Positions 53,628-64,000 of a stretch of DNA of 64,000 nucleotides are shown in pieces. A model generated the notes under the pieces. The model made no database searches. It worked only from the letters and a program-made list of their open reading frames with translations, and had not been told where the DNA came from. Position 1 is the first letter of the stretch, and each line of letters starts with the position of its first letter. The position numbers and the translations under genes were made by a program. Source of the DNA: Veleropilina oligotropha. Taxonomy: Eukaryota. Location: the NCBI GenBank assembly GCA_048128005.1, contig JBEUKZ010000046.1:62001-126000 (forward strand), in the 5' to 3' direction.

Positions 53628-53794
53628 GTCGTATAACATACAGTGGATTCTGCTTATTTGCGTAGCGAGATTGTCGCGATTATTTATGCAATTAACCGGA
53701 TTATGGTTTTAAACGTTCGGTAAATTTCGGAAATTGATTTTCGTCGGAAATCATCGATGATAACTAGACGCTCAGTCACGAGTGACCGCATATG

Positions 53795-54861
53795 TATGGA
53801 GCCGAATAGGTGCAAAAATTCTACATCCTACATTCTTTATTCTACATCCATCATTCATGATGCTACATGGTAAAATACAAGGTGCAAAAATTCTACATCC
53901 TACATTCTTTATTCTACATCCATCATTCATGATGCTACATGGTAAAATACAAGGTGCAAAAATTCTACATCCTACATTCTTTATTCTATATCCTACATTC
54001 TTTATTTTACATCCTATATTCTTTATTCTACATCCTACATTCTTTATTCTACATCCTACATTCTTTATTCTACATCCTATATTCTTTATTCTACATCCTA
54101 CATCCTACATTCTTTATTCTACATCCTACATCGTATTATGCTATCTCAATTCTGCCTGATAGATGGCGCTGCGGTGTTAAAGTGTGAAACTAACCGCTCC
54201 CTAGCTGTCACTCGTCGCTGAGAGCCTCGTTGAACGAAAGGTAATATCTGTATCAAGCCTATAGTATTTCGTCTAAAATAAAAACAATAACGGCAATTCA
54301 CCTCTGTTAAACATAATGATACAGATATTACCTTTCGTTCAACGAGGCTCTCAGCGACGAGTGACAGCTAGGGAGCGGTTAGTTTCACACTTTAACACCG
54401 CAGCGTCATCTATCAGGCAGAATTGAGATAGCATAATACGATGTAGGATGTAGAATAAAGAATGTAGGATGTAGGATGTAGAATAAAGAATATAGGATGT
54501 AGAATAAAGAATGTAGGATGAAGAATAAAGAATGTAGGATGTAGAATAAAGAATATAGGATGTAGAATAAAGAATGTAGGATGTAGAATAAAGAATATAG
54601 GATGTAGAATAAAGAATGTAGGATGTAGAATAAAGAATATAGGATGTAGAATACAGAATGTAGGATGTAGAATAAAGAATGTAGGATGTAGAATTTTTGC
54701 ACGTTGAATTTTACCATGTAGCATGATGAATGATGGATGTAGAATAAAGAATGTAGGATGTAGAATTTTTGCACCTTGTATTTTACCATGTAGCATGATG
54801 AATGATGGATGTAGAATAAAGAATGTAGGATGTAGAATTTTTGCACCTATTCGGCTCCATA
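53795..54861. mobile_element. 1067-bp palindromic (foldback) element, IS3EU-like termini
   Basis: Starts TATGGAGCCGAATAGGTG and ends CACCTATTCGGCTCCATA. 6-bp TSD CATATG at 53789-53794 and 54862-54867. The arms carry 21-bp TACATTCTTTATTCTACATCC modules. 61-bp unpaired spacer at 54256-54316. Confidence 0.88.
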
Positions 54862-57800
54862 CATATGTATCCCCCGGTAATGACCTGTCTAGAGCGATCA
54901 CAAGGAATTATGCTTTAAAATCCAAGATGGGAGACCACAGCAGCAATCTTGGAGGTCGGACCACATCAAAAATCTCTAGGTGTCGTTTCCGCACCCAAAC
55001 CATACCAAATTTGAAAACATTCCGTTAGGAAACTAGATCGATCACAAGCAATTATGTTGGCCATCTTGGAGGTTGGACCACACCCCAACCAATGCACATA
55101 CCAAATTTGAAAATATTATGTTAAGAAATGGTCTATCCAGAGCAATCACAAGCAATTATGGTGGTCGTGGTGGCCATCTTGGAGGTCAGACCACACCCAA
55201 AATATATGTCGTTTTGTGCATACTCGTAATGATACTTGCAAAGATATAAAAAAAATAATTTTCTTTAACAAAAATTAAATAATAATAAATTTGCCCTCAA
55301 AACTTTATTAATATATGCATATGGCCACTCTGAATCGAATGTCGCAAATTTTAGGTCTGTACACAACGTCGGTCTTGAGTTCTGACCTTTTCAAGGAAAA
55401 TATGGCAGCCATTTTGTTCGTTTTTCATAATTTTTTTATTTCCCTAATTTAAAATATCTAGCCGAGTTGGCCATTTCCTGGCAAACATGTATTTTCCCTT
55501 AATTAGGTCATTTCCTGCAATGTAGGTCAACTGAGGTCAAAGGCCAAGGTCACATGTGAAAGATCAACCATGACTTCCCATAGTAACTATGTGTCCACGG
55601 TGCATCCTTTTTTATATGTTGACACTTGAAACAAATGCTTTAATGGCCACCGAGCCACTTCCTGCTATTCAATTTTATCTGGCATAATTGGTAAATGTTG
55701 ACTACATACGTCAATAGGAGTTCACTTTATCCACTCTAGGCACACATATATCCATTTTTCCTTAATTAGGTCATTTAGAGCAATGTAGGTCATCTGAGGT
55801 CAAAGGTCATGGTGCCATTTGAAAGCCCAACCATGACTTCCCATAGTGTCTACGTTGCATCATTTTCAAGATATAGCTATTTTAAAGGTCCTTAAAATTT
55901 AAATCCAATATGGCCGCCGGTTAAATTTAAAAACAAAAAATCCACTTCCATAACATTTTAGACAATTACCTCTGGTATCTGAATATATAAATCATGTCCC
56001 GCTAGGTTAAATATTAACAAATTTATAAAAGAAAATAAGCGATTATTTGCATATGATAATAATAGTAAAGTTTAAACTATTCTGTTCCTGCAGATTTTAT
56101 GCAAATATCCGAAATATGCAATTAAGTGGAATCCACTTTAGTAGCCATTCGACAGAAATAAGGAAAGCTCGCAGGTCTAATATACATGGAAGCAATTTCA
56201 ATCAAAATAAAACTTCATTTTAATTACATACATAATGATAATATACAGTATGTGATTGTAAAACTGTAAATGTTTAAATATTAACAGTAAATGTTTAAAT
56301 ATTTAAATATTGTATTGGCACTCTCCAGTTAAAAACGTATCATGTGTAATTCTGACCTTCAGTCTTCATCAGTCCAGCTTGGGAGATTTCTTTTTTGAGA
56401 GAGTGCAGGCACAAACAGAACTAGATATGTCAGAGTGATACGAATGCCCCCACTGAAACGACTGCCCAGGAATGAAAGAAATTAGAGGTGAACAGCCATA
56501 ACTCTCTTAACATTGCAATTTACGCATTTAATAATGTATACACGGTAACACCTATATTCAATATATAGTTTCATTCCATGAATGTATTCCGAAGTTATCG
56601 TCCAGAATTGAAAACAAAATTAAATTAATTAAAAGTTATGTCTCTTAAATGAAGTTGGGAGTTTATAGAAATCAAACTCCACTTAGATATTCTGATATAC
56701 ATGTGTAAATCAAATTAATTTAATTTGAATCCATGAATGCCTGAATATAGTGCAGAATCTAAAGCATTCGAGGGGGCCGGGCATTTTGCAGGGGGCCGGG
56801 CATAATCTTTCTTGCCAATGATATTACACGTCAGGGATGATTCCACAGAAAAATAATTGGGGCTGCCAGCCCTGTGATTGGGAATTTCTATACGTAACAA
56901 CATCAAATTGGGAATTTCACGACGTATTGTTCTTTAGATAATCCATGAATAGATTCAAGATTTACGTCAAACCTGGACATGTCTATATTACTGTGGGAGG
57001 AAAGCCCGGATTTAACCGGTGGAACCCACATTCCTAATACAATATTCAGGACTTGTCTTGTAAAAACCGGAGGCGAGCTATAACAGCTCGCCTTAAATCG
57101 AAATTTACCCTCGAGGCGAGCGATTTCAATATCATCATGATTCATACATCACACTGCAAAAATATATCTAAGACTCTTTCAATGTATGATACTACAATAC
57201 ATTTTTCTATTTCATGTATTTTAGTTTGAATAAAATACTTATTTTTACATTAAAGCATAATATATACAGTAATAATTTTAAATAGTCTTACTAGTATATT
57301 TATATACAAATGCTATCAGAGAATACATTAATTATTTTCACAATGTGTATCATGAACATTTCTATTTTTTTAATTATAAAACGTATATATTAGGGTCATG
57401 GTTAATTTGAACTCTCTCAATATGACGGTTTATAAATAGTGGCAACTTTTCCTACTGTCAAAGAGCTCTACAATTGTCTGACGTCATGTTTATCAATAAA
57501 TGTATCCAACCCCAGAAGATCAAAGAATTGTTCATCTCTGTCAGCAACAGTTTGCGAGAAATGGGTCAGCCTCCTCAGCTAGCTAATTTGCATACACACA
57601 AATGCTTGACTTGTGTGTCAGAAACGAAACTTAGCCCAGTAAATTATATAATTTAACAGAGGCTAATACTAATTAATGTGGAATGAAAAACATTTTAGAA
57701 CCTGCAATGTTTAACTAGAGCACTCTTGAAAATATTACTTTATAATATAAAAATGCTTCAGGACAGAGTCCGAAACTAAAAATAAACTTATTCAGACGGG

Positions 57801-57903
57801 GTCACGTGACTGTCTGGATCCGACAGCTTGTGCTACTGCTACTGTCTGGAAAGATATTCTCGGGTTTTGGTGGACATTTTCATACTAAAGAACATATGGT
57901 TGG

Positions 57904-58021
57904 ACATAACAACATGCCTTATTGCCTAACAAAGAACAGGATCTTGAATAAATTGTTGCAGGAACATAACAACATGCCTTATTGCCTAACAAAGAACAGG
58001 ATCTTGAATAAATTGTTGCAG
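57904..58021. repeat. 60-bp direct duplication
   Basis: ACATAACAACATGCCTTATTGCC...AATTGTTGCAG occurs twice. Confidence 0.9.
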
Positions 58022-59859
58022 CTAGGAACTTAGTAAGTTACATAAATATTTGGGCCAGTAACTATCGATGTTTTTGCTATTTGTGGTCGCCCGTGTGGAC
58101 TTTTGTTCGCCACTGGTTTCGAGCACTGGTTGGTTACATTATGTGGGCGTCATTATGTGGGCGTCACTAGTGATAAATGTCTTTTAAGGTCAGATAAGTG
58201 AACAGACAGTAGACGAAGTAGATAGCATGTGTCCATATTATCATTACTACCCACGGGCCATTGACGCTTAAACCAGAAATATGAGCGAAATCCATCATCG
58301 ACTTGCTACCCACCCACTGATTACGTATAATATATAAGAGGGCATCCATCTTTAATTTTTCCGGTTATTCACTTGCCCCGCTTCACCTACCAGAAGCAAC
58401 AGTAATAAAGGAAACGTACTATCATGCAATGCATTACATACTTATCTTCGCCCCACTTGCCTCATTAGAGCAGAAAAGCTGAACCGATAACGATAAAAGC
58501 GACATTTGTTTGTCCCTTGGGCCACATCTTCTAACCGTGTCGAATTTTTTCTACAAATATCAATCTCCGATTGTGCTTCGCTACATCGTGTATGGATGCA
58601 AGGGAAATAACTCGTCTCTGTTTTCCCTTGCATCCATACACGATGTAGCGAAGCACAATCGGAGATTGATATTTGTAGAAAAAATTCGACACGGTTAGAA
58701 GATGTGGTCCAAGGGACGAACAAATGTCGCTTTTATCGTTATCGGTTCGGCTTTTCTGCTCTAATGAGGCAAGTGGGGCGAAGATAAGTATGTAATGCAT
58801 TGCATGATAGTACGTTTCCTTTATTAGGGCTTCAAGCTTTCAGGCTTGAAGACCTATTGTTATTGCTAAACCTTTTTTTATTATTATTATTTGTCTTAAT
58901 TTTGTACCACCGAAATCTCAAAAACTATAAAAGGCATGAACTTGAAACTTAGCATATATGTACCTAAAGTATTGAAGTAGTGCTTGAAAATTTTTCAGTT
59001 TGGTGGCGCCACCGGTTTGGCGGCCATCTGGTTTTATGCAAAAACGCCATTTTGCTAATAACTTTGTTAAGACTTCAGCTAGAGCAATGAACTTCAATAT
59101 GTAAGTTAATAGGTATATACTGGTCATCCCTGTGAAGCCAAGTCATAACTTTTGCAATTAGGTCAGCCGCCATCTTGGAATTTGCGTTAGCGGCCATTGC
59201 TCAAAAACTTTTTTATGAATTTTTCTGAAAATTGGAAGAATGCCTATCATCTACTTAAAGTCTGTTAATAGATGGATTCTGAAATATCGTTTTAAGTGCC
59301 TCGTTTTGAGATATTCCCGATAATGGCGGCCTTTAACAATGAATTTGGTAAAAACCTATTTTCGTCAAATCGAACAAAATTCACTTTTTTTTCTTGTAAA
59401 TATGCACCATTGATGTTATTAAGTAAATACGAGTAAAAAAAATGATTAAAATATTCGAAATGTGAAGTTTGCAACAATTCAAAATGATTACATTTGAAAT
59501 CCTCTCTCAGGGGCACTAACTCCAATAATACATGAAGCACATCACTCAAATTTGGCATACTAATAGAGCAGGTCAATATGAACAACTTTATCGCTGATAT
59601 GTATGGTGTTCCAGCAACTTCATAGCGTTGTTTTTCCATCCAAAGTTTGTAAAGTCGCCTCTTTGCGACATTCTTAATATCTCTTTAACCAAGTTATCGA
59701 ACTATTCAAAATTTCCACCATCAAGTAAGATGCCAATACACTACATATACTGAAAATTTGAAGAAATTATGTTACGTATTTCCAAAGTTGGAGCGAGTTA
59801 AACAATGCGCATCATCGCGAAGTGCTCGGTTGCAATTATGGCAGTGAAAGCATATGTAG

Positions 59860-60138
59860 TTATTTTGAGGTCAATTTAATGAGCTCACTCGTGGAGCAGT
59901 GGTAGCGTTCTAGACTCCCAATTGGGAGGACCCGAGTTCGAATCACGATATGTCAAAAATATATTTTTGTGATTTTATGCATTTTTACAAATGCTTATGT
60001 GTAGCATGTCACTAGATGGTGTTATTTTGAGGTCAATTTAATGAGCTCACTCGTGGAGCAGTGGTATCGTTCTAGACTCCCAATTGAGAGGACCTGGGTT
60101 CGAATCTCGATATGGCAAAAATATATTTTGTGATTTTT
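59860..60138 (+). other. Two tandem tRNA-like (Pol III A/B-box) units inside the Helentron
   Basis: TGGAGCAGTGG A-box, CT-CCC-AA anticodon-like loop and GTTCGAATC B-box, repeated at ~160 bp spacing. The acceptor stem does not pair. Confidence 0.6.
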
Positions 60139-60450
60139 AAATGGCAATATCTCTAAAACTGTTGCAGCTAGAGTAACGATATTTCATATTTAGGTGCATA
60201 TGCCGATGCCCTTGCTATAGAAACCAATCTTGGCCAGATCGGTTAATTAGGTCATCCGCCATCTTTGATTGAATTTTCAAAATTCTTTAACAGCTAATAT
60301 CTTCAATAATATTGTAGCTAGAGACATGGTTACTATAGGGAGCCTATGGGAAGTCATGGGTGGGTATTCCAAATCCACTTTGACCTTTGACCTCAGGTGA
60401 CCTATTTAAGGAAAAATGCCTATTTGGACGATATAAAATGGTCATAAAGG

Positions 60451-60709
60451 AGGAGGAGGAATTATGCTTAATGTCCTGTATATTTATAACATCGAGGTTC
60501 AAGGCAGGACATGTCCATGTTATCGCGGGAGGAAACCCCGGTCGCCGGGTAAACCCGCCCTCTTCGGCCAGTCACGGACAACTGTGCTTCATAACTTGAA
60601 CAAATGTGTGCCGCCTCAGCCGGGGTCGATCCCACTACTGTTCGCGTCAGCGGAAACAAGCCAGTGAATTTAGAGTGGACACTCTACCCACTGCGCTACC
60701 GAAGCGGCC
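60451..60709 (-). mobile_element. Full-length SINE copy inside the Helentron
   Basis: 11-bp TSD GGTCATAAAGG at 60440-60450 and 60710-60720. Confidence 0.88.
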
Positions 60710-62027
60710 GGTCATAAAGGGGATAACTAGGTTAAGACTGGTCCTAGAGCTTAGATATTTTAAATTAGGTCAAATATTTTTTTGGAAAAAAACAAAATGG
60801 CCGCCGCATTAATATTCAAATGGCCTTATCTCGAGAACTAAGCGGTGTAGAAATTTGAAATTTGCGGCATTCGATTCAGAGTGGCCATATGTTCATCATG
60901 AAATAATAAAATAAAAAAAATATTTTTTTATTATATACATATAACGACTCTGAATCGCATGCCGCAAATTTCAGGCTTCTACCCAGCGTAGTTCTCGATA
61001 TATCTCCATATCTCTGATGAATTTTTCTGAAAATTGGAAGAATGCTTCATCTATCAACTACTTAAATACTGTAAAAAGATGGGTTCTTAAAATTGTTTTA
61101 AGCGCCTCGCTTTGAGATCTAAATGATTTGGGCGGCCATTTTGAATTCATTAAATGGATATACCTCTAAAACTGTTACAGCTACAGTAATGCTATTTAAT
61201 GTGAAGGTATTTTGGACTGATTCATTAAACTTCTGATTCAATATCTCGCAAATTATGCACTGTAGACACTAGTTACCATAGGGAGCCTATATGAGGTCAT
61301 GGGCAATCTTTCAAATGTGACCTTGACCTTTGACTTCCGATGACCTTTTGACCTATATATGACGTATATGTTAAATATTGACCTTGCAGGCGAGTTTTTC
61401 ACATCAGTGGTATAGGTAAAGCACATTGGACATGAATGTCAAGTATGGGGTTCGATTGCAACTACTGCAGCCACCACGGTTCGGACTTGAAGCCCTCACA
61501 GCTGCTTGCAGCTTTAATTACTGTTGCTTCTGGTAGGTGAAACGCGATTCGAAGCGGGGCAAGTGAATAACCGGAAAAATTAAAGATGGATGCCCTCTTA
61601 TATATTATACGTAATCAGTGGGTGGGTAGCAAGTCGATGATGGATTTCGCTCATATTTCTGGTTTAAGCGTCAATGGCCCGTGTTACTACCCTACCCAGC
61701 AGTGCGAATTTTAAATCATGGTGAGCAATAAAAGCTCGCCTCAAAATGCTGTAAGGGGAGCGCGCGCCTCAAAAGACAAGGCCTGAATATTATAAAATTT
61801 CTAAGTTACTGATATAAAATTATATCTGATTTTATTATTCTATGCTAAATTGTTACTTTGTGAAGTATTTTCATAAATGTACGTCAACCCGGTGTATCTA
61901 ACTGATCGGACATGTAACCAGATAATGATTTTATTCAAAATTACTCTTTTTCGCTCAAACATCTTTAATTAAAAATTTACTGAAATAGAACTTACAATTA
62001 AATTATTTACCACAAATAATCATTAAC

Positions 62028-63721
62028 CAGGGGTAGATCTTCCCTAAAATTTGTGGTACCCAGCAGGGATACCAGAATTGCAAGTCTGGTATCCCGCAAA
62101 AATAACTGGTATCCCGTAATTTAAATACAATAATGAATTTTAAATGTTTCTACATCACAATAACAAAAAATTTTTCGTCGATTTTTATTATTGTCGATTT
62201 TATAACTTTAATGTTATTTATTTTTATATAATTATTAGCTAAACATAAAAATAATTGTATAGAAAAGAAATATTAATATAAGTACACAAGGTCTCTTATG
62301 TATACATATAGTCTGACAACAATATAAGTTAATTTTATAATAAAAAACCATACTCAATATTTTAACTTTTCATTTCAACATAGATATTATTAATATTACT
62401 AGCAATGGTACCCGTCTCCGCCGGGTAAGTCCCCCCACCCCAATTTTTTTTTATTTTTTTTTTTTTGGATAGTGCTCCCTTAAATAATTTTTTTTTTCCC
62501 GAATTTTCCGAAATTTTTTCGTGGTAAACCTTCCTTGGGGGACCCCGATTAACCCCCCAAAGTTTGAAGGTCCTAGGTCAAAGCGTCTGGGAGGAGTTCA
62601 ACTTGAAACAGACAGACAGACAGACAGACACACACACATAAAATTAGAATTTTCCGAATTTTTTTCGTGGTAAACCTTCCTTGGGGGACCCCGATTAACC
62701 CCCCAAAGTTTGAAGGTCGTAGGTCAAAGCGTCTGGGAGGAGTTCAACTTGAAACAGACACACACACTATTATTATTATATTAAGATAATATGTGTAAAA
62801 TTGTCATATTAATTTTAGTCACAACAATATTACAGTAATAATATTATATAAAATATAATTATTGCTTGAATAAGCATTTATTTAAGTATTTACATTAATA
62901 AAGATAAAAAATAATAGCTACTCGAGTATATTTTGGTGGGAAAAATAAGAAATAAAAAGTAAATTCGAGAACGAGGCTTTGTCCTGAGCCATGGACAACT
63001 TGGGCAGTATTGGTATAGAATAAGAAGGAAATTTGAAAACGAGGCTCCTTGCCAAAGTTACTTTGGTCAACCATGGAAAGTTGTGCAGAGCAAGTCAATT
63101 TGGGCACAGCTTCAAGCGGGAGTTCACTTGCCCTAACTTAGGAAGTTAGGCAGAGCTTATTTTGAATTGAGCAGTGCCCAAATTAACTTCGACAAGTGTG
63201 GAATCTGGGCTGTAACAACAGTGGAAGTCAATGGCGGTCGTGTTTATCAGTCCGACAACAGTAGATATTTTACTGTGGAGAGTTGAATAAAGGACACAAG
63301 GTAATGAAGCTTAATTAGGCTTCCTATTTTATTCAAAGGGGATTTGGGCTGTGCTGGGTGTGAATGAAATAATACAAAGAACAATGCATGCACTTTGCGG
63401 TTTACAGACGCTTAATTAGAAGCTGTCGTCACGTGCGGAATAGCAATTAACTTGTTCACGCGCGGCACTGGCTATTGTTTATAAAAGGTCTGCTGAGCCA
63501 GGTTGCAGACGCTCCGAGACCTTTTGTTTTGTTGACAGGCGAGTAGAAATTGGAAGGTAATTAGAGTGTTGTTGCAAGTGGACAACGGGGAAGGGACTTT
63601 GCAGGACACTTTGGGCCAGAATATGTGGTACCCACGCGGATTACCGACTAGAGGATTGTGGTAATCCGATTAGAAATTCGGTAATCCGAGGCTACCGGAT
63701 TACCGTAAAGGTCGACCCCTG
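62028..63721. mobile_element. CAGGGG-ended DNA element with 5-bp TSD (hAT5-like), containing a HINE-like insert (~62398-62790)
   Basis: TIRs CAGGGGTAGATCTT and AAGGTCGACCCCTG. TTAAC at 62023-62027 and 63722-63726. Subterminal GGTA(T/A)CC motifs. The insert has a ~146-bp duplicated unit and a CAGA microsatellite. Confidence 0.7.
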
Positions 63722-64000
63722 TTAACTAATAATACGATACGTCGACTCCTAAGGCATCAAATCTTACCTACTACTTAAATTTTCCTTTAAAGCAAAACGA
63801 ATTAAAAAAACACGTGGTGTCTGGAATTTCCGACAACTTTCACTTTGTAAATGTCACTTTTTCATTAAGAAATAATGCAGGGCACCTAAACATTGGAAAC
63901 GAAGTAATTAAGTACTATATCAATATCAAAATAATCATTATATTGAAAAATTGCGTGCGCCAGAAGCGGCGACCGTTGACGGAAAATCCCGAACACGAAA

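Larger units (their letters stand above)
58825..61518 (+). mobile_element. Non-autonomous Helentron (HINE)
   Basis: 5' AGGGCTTCAAG (58826-58836) with a hairpin partner CTTGAAGACCT. 3' CTTGAAGCCCT (61486-61496) followed by the hairpin AGCTGCTTGCAGCT. Inserted at a TT site without a clear TSD. Related units occur inverted at ~55280-55930. Confidence 0.82.
58252..61683. mobile_element. Palindromic element with 8-bp TSD, right arm split by a Helentron
   Basis: CACGGGCCATTG..CAATGGCCCGTG ends. TSD TTACTACC at 58244-58251 and 61684-61691. The left arm (58252-~58608) pairs with ~58622-58824 plus ~61519-61683. Confidence 0.88.
57047..61785. mobile_element. CAGG-ended (hAT-like) non-autonomous element hosting nested insertions
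   Basis: TIRs CAGGACTTGTCTT and AAGACAAGGCCTG, subterminal GGCGAG/CTCGCC motifs, and AATATT on both flanks. Confidence 0.6.

Noticed and set aside
53782..54901. ILHPTFF / FYILHSL repeat ORFs
   Set aside because: Translations of the 21-bp modules in the foldback arms.
56345..56380. Second hammerhead-like motif on the minus strand (CTGATGAAGACTGAAGGTCAGAA)
   Set aside because: The GAAA core is broken and there is no convincing stem I or III. At best a decayed copy.
59881..60116. Functional tRNA-Gly(CCC) genes
   Set aside because: The acceptor stem does not pair and the units are embedded in transposon repeats.

Overview
AT-rich, repeat-dense animal genomic DNA, probably a marine invertebrate (inferred from the repeat types). 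It is not prokaryotic, and almost every entry in the ORF track is a spurious translation of repeats. The only confidently recognised host gene piece is the terminal coding exon of DNA polymerase delta subunit 2 (POLD2, minus strand, 38283-38440). No further POLD2 exon was recognised, so ~38.4-64 kb is probably its last intron. The rest is mostly mobile DNA. There are three fully palindromic (foldback) elements with clean target-site duplications (TSDs): 4954 bp and 1067 bp elements with TATGG..CCATA ends and 6-bp TSDs (IS3EU-like), and one with an 8-bp TSD. Also present are a multi-copy tRNA-derived V-domain-like SINE, non-autonomous Helentron-type elements with internal tandem repeats, Crypton-like and CAGG-ended elements, and decayed Harbinger and Academ-like transposases. 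Two further relics stand out: a decayed ~2.1 kb family-B DNA polymerase-like ORF (Polinton/virus-like) and a minimal Penelope-type hammerhead ribozyme. Several minisatellites complete the window. All family assignments come from motifs recognised by eye and need database confirmation.
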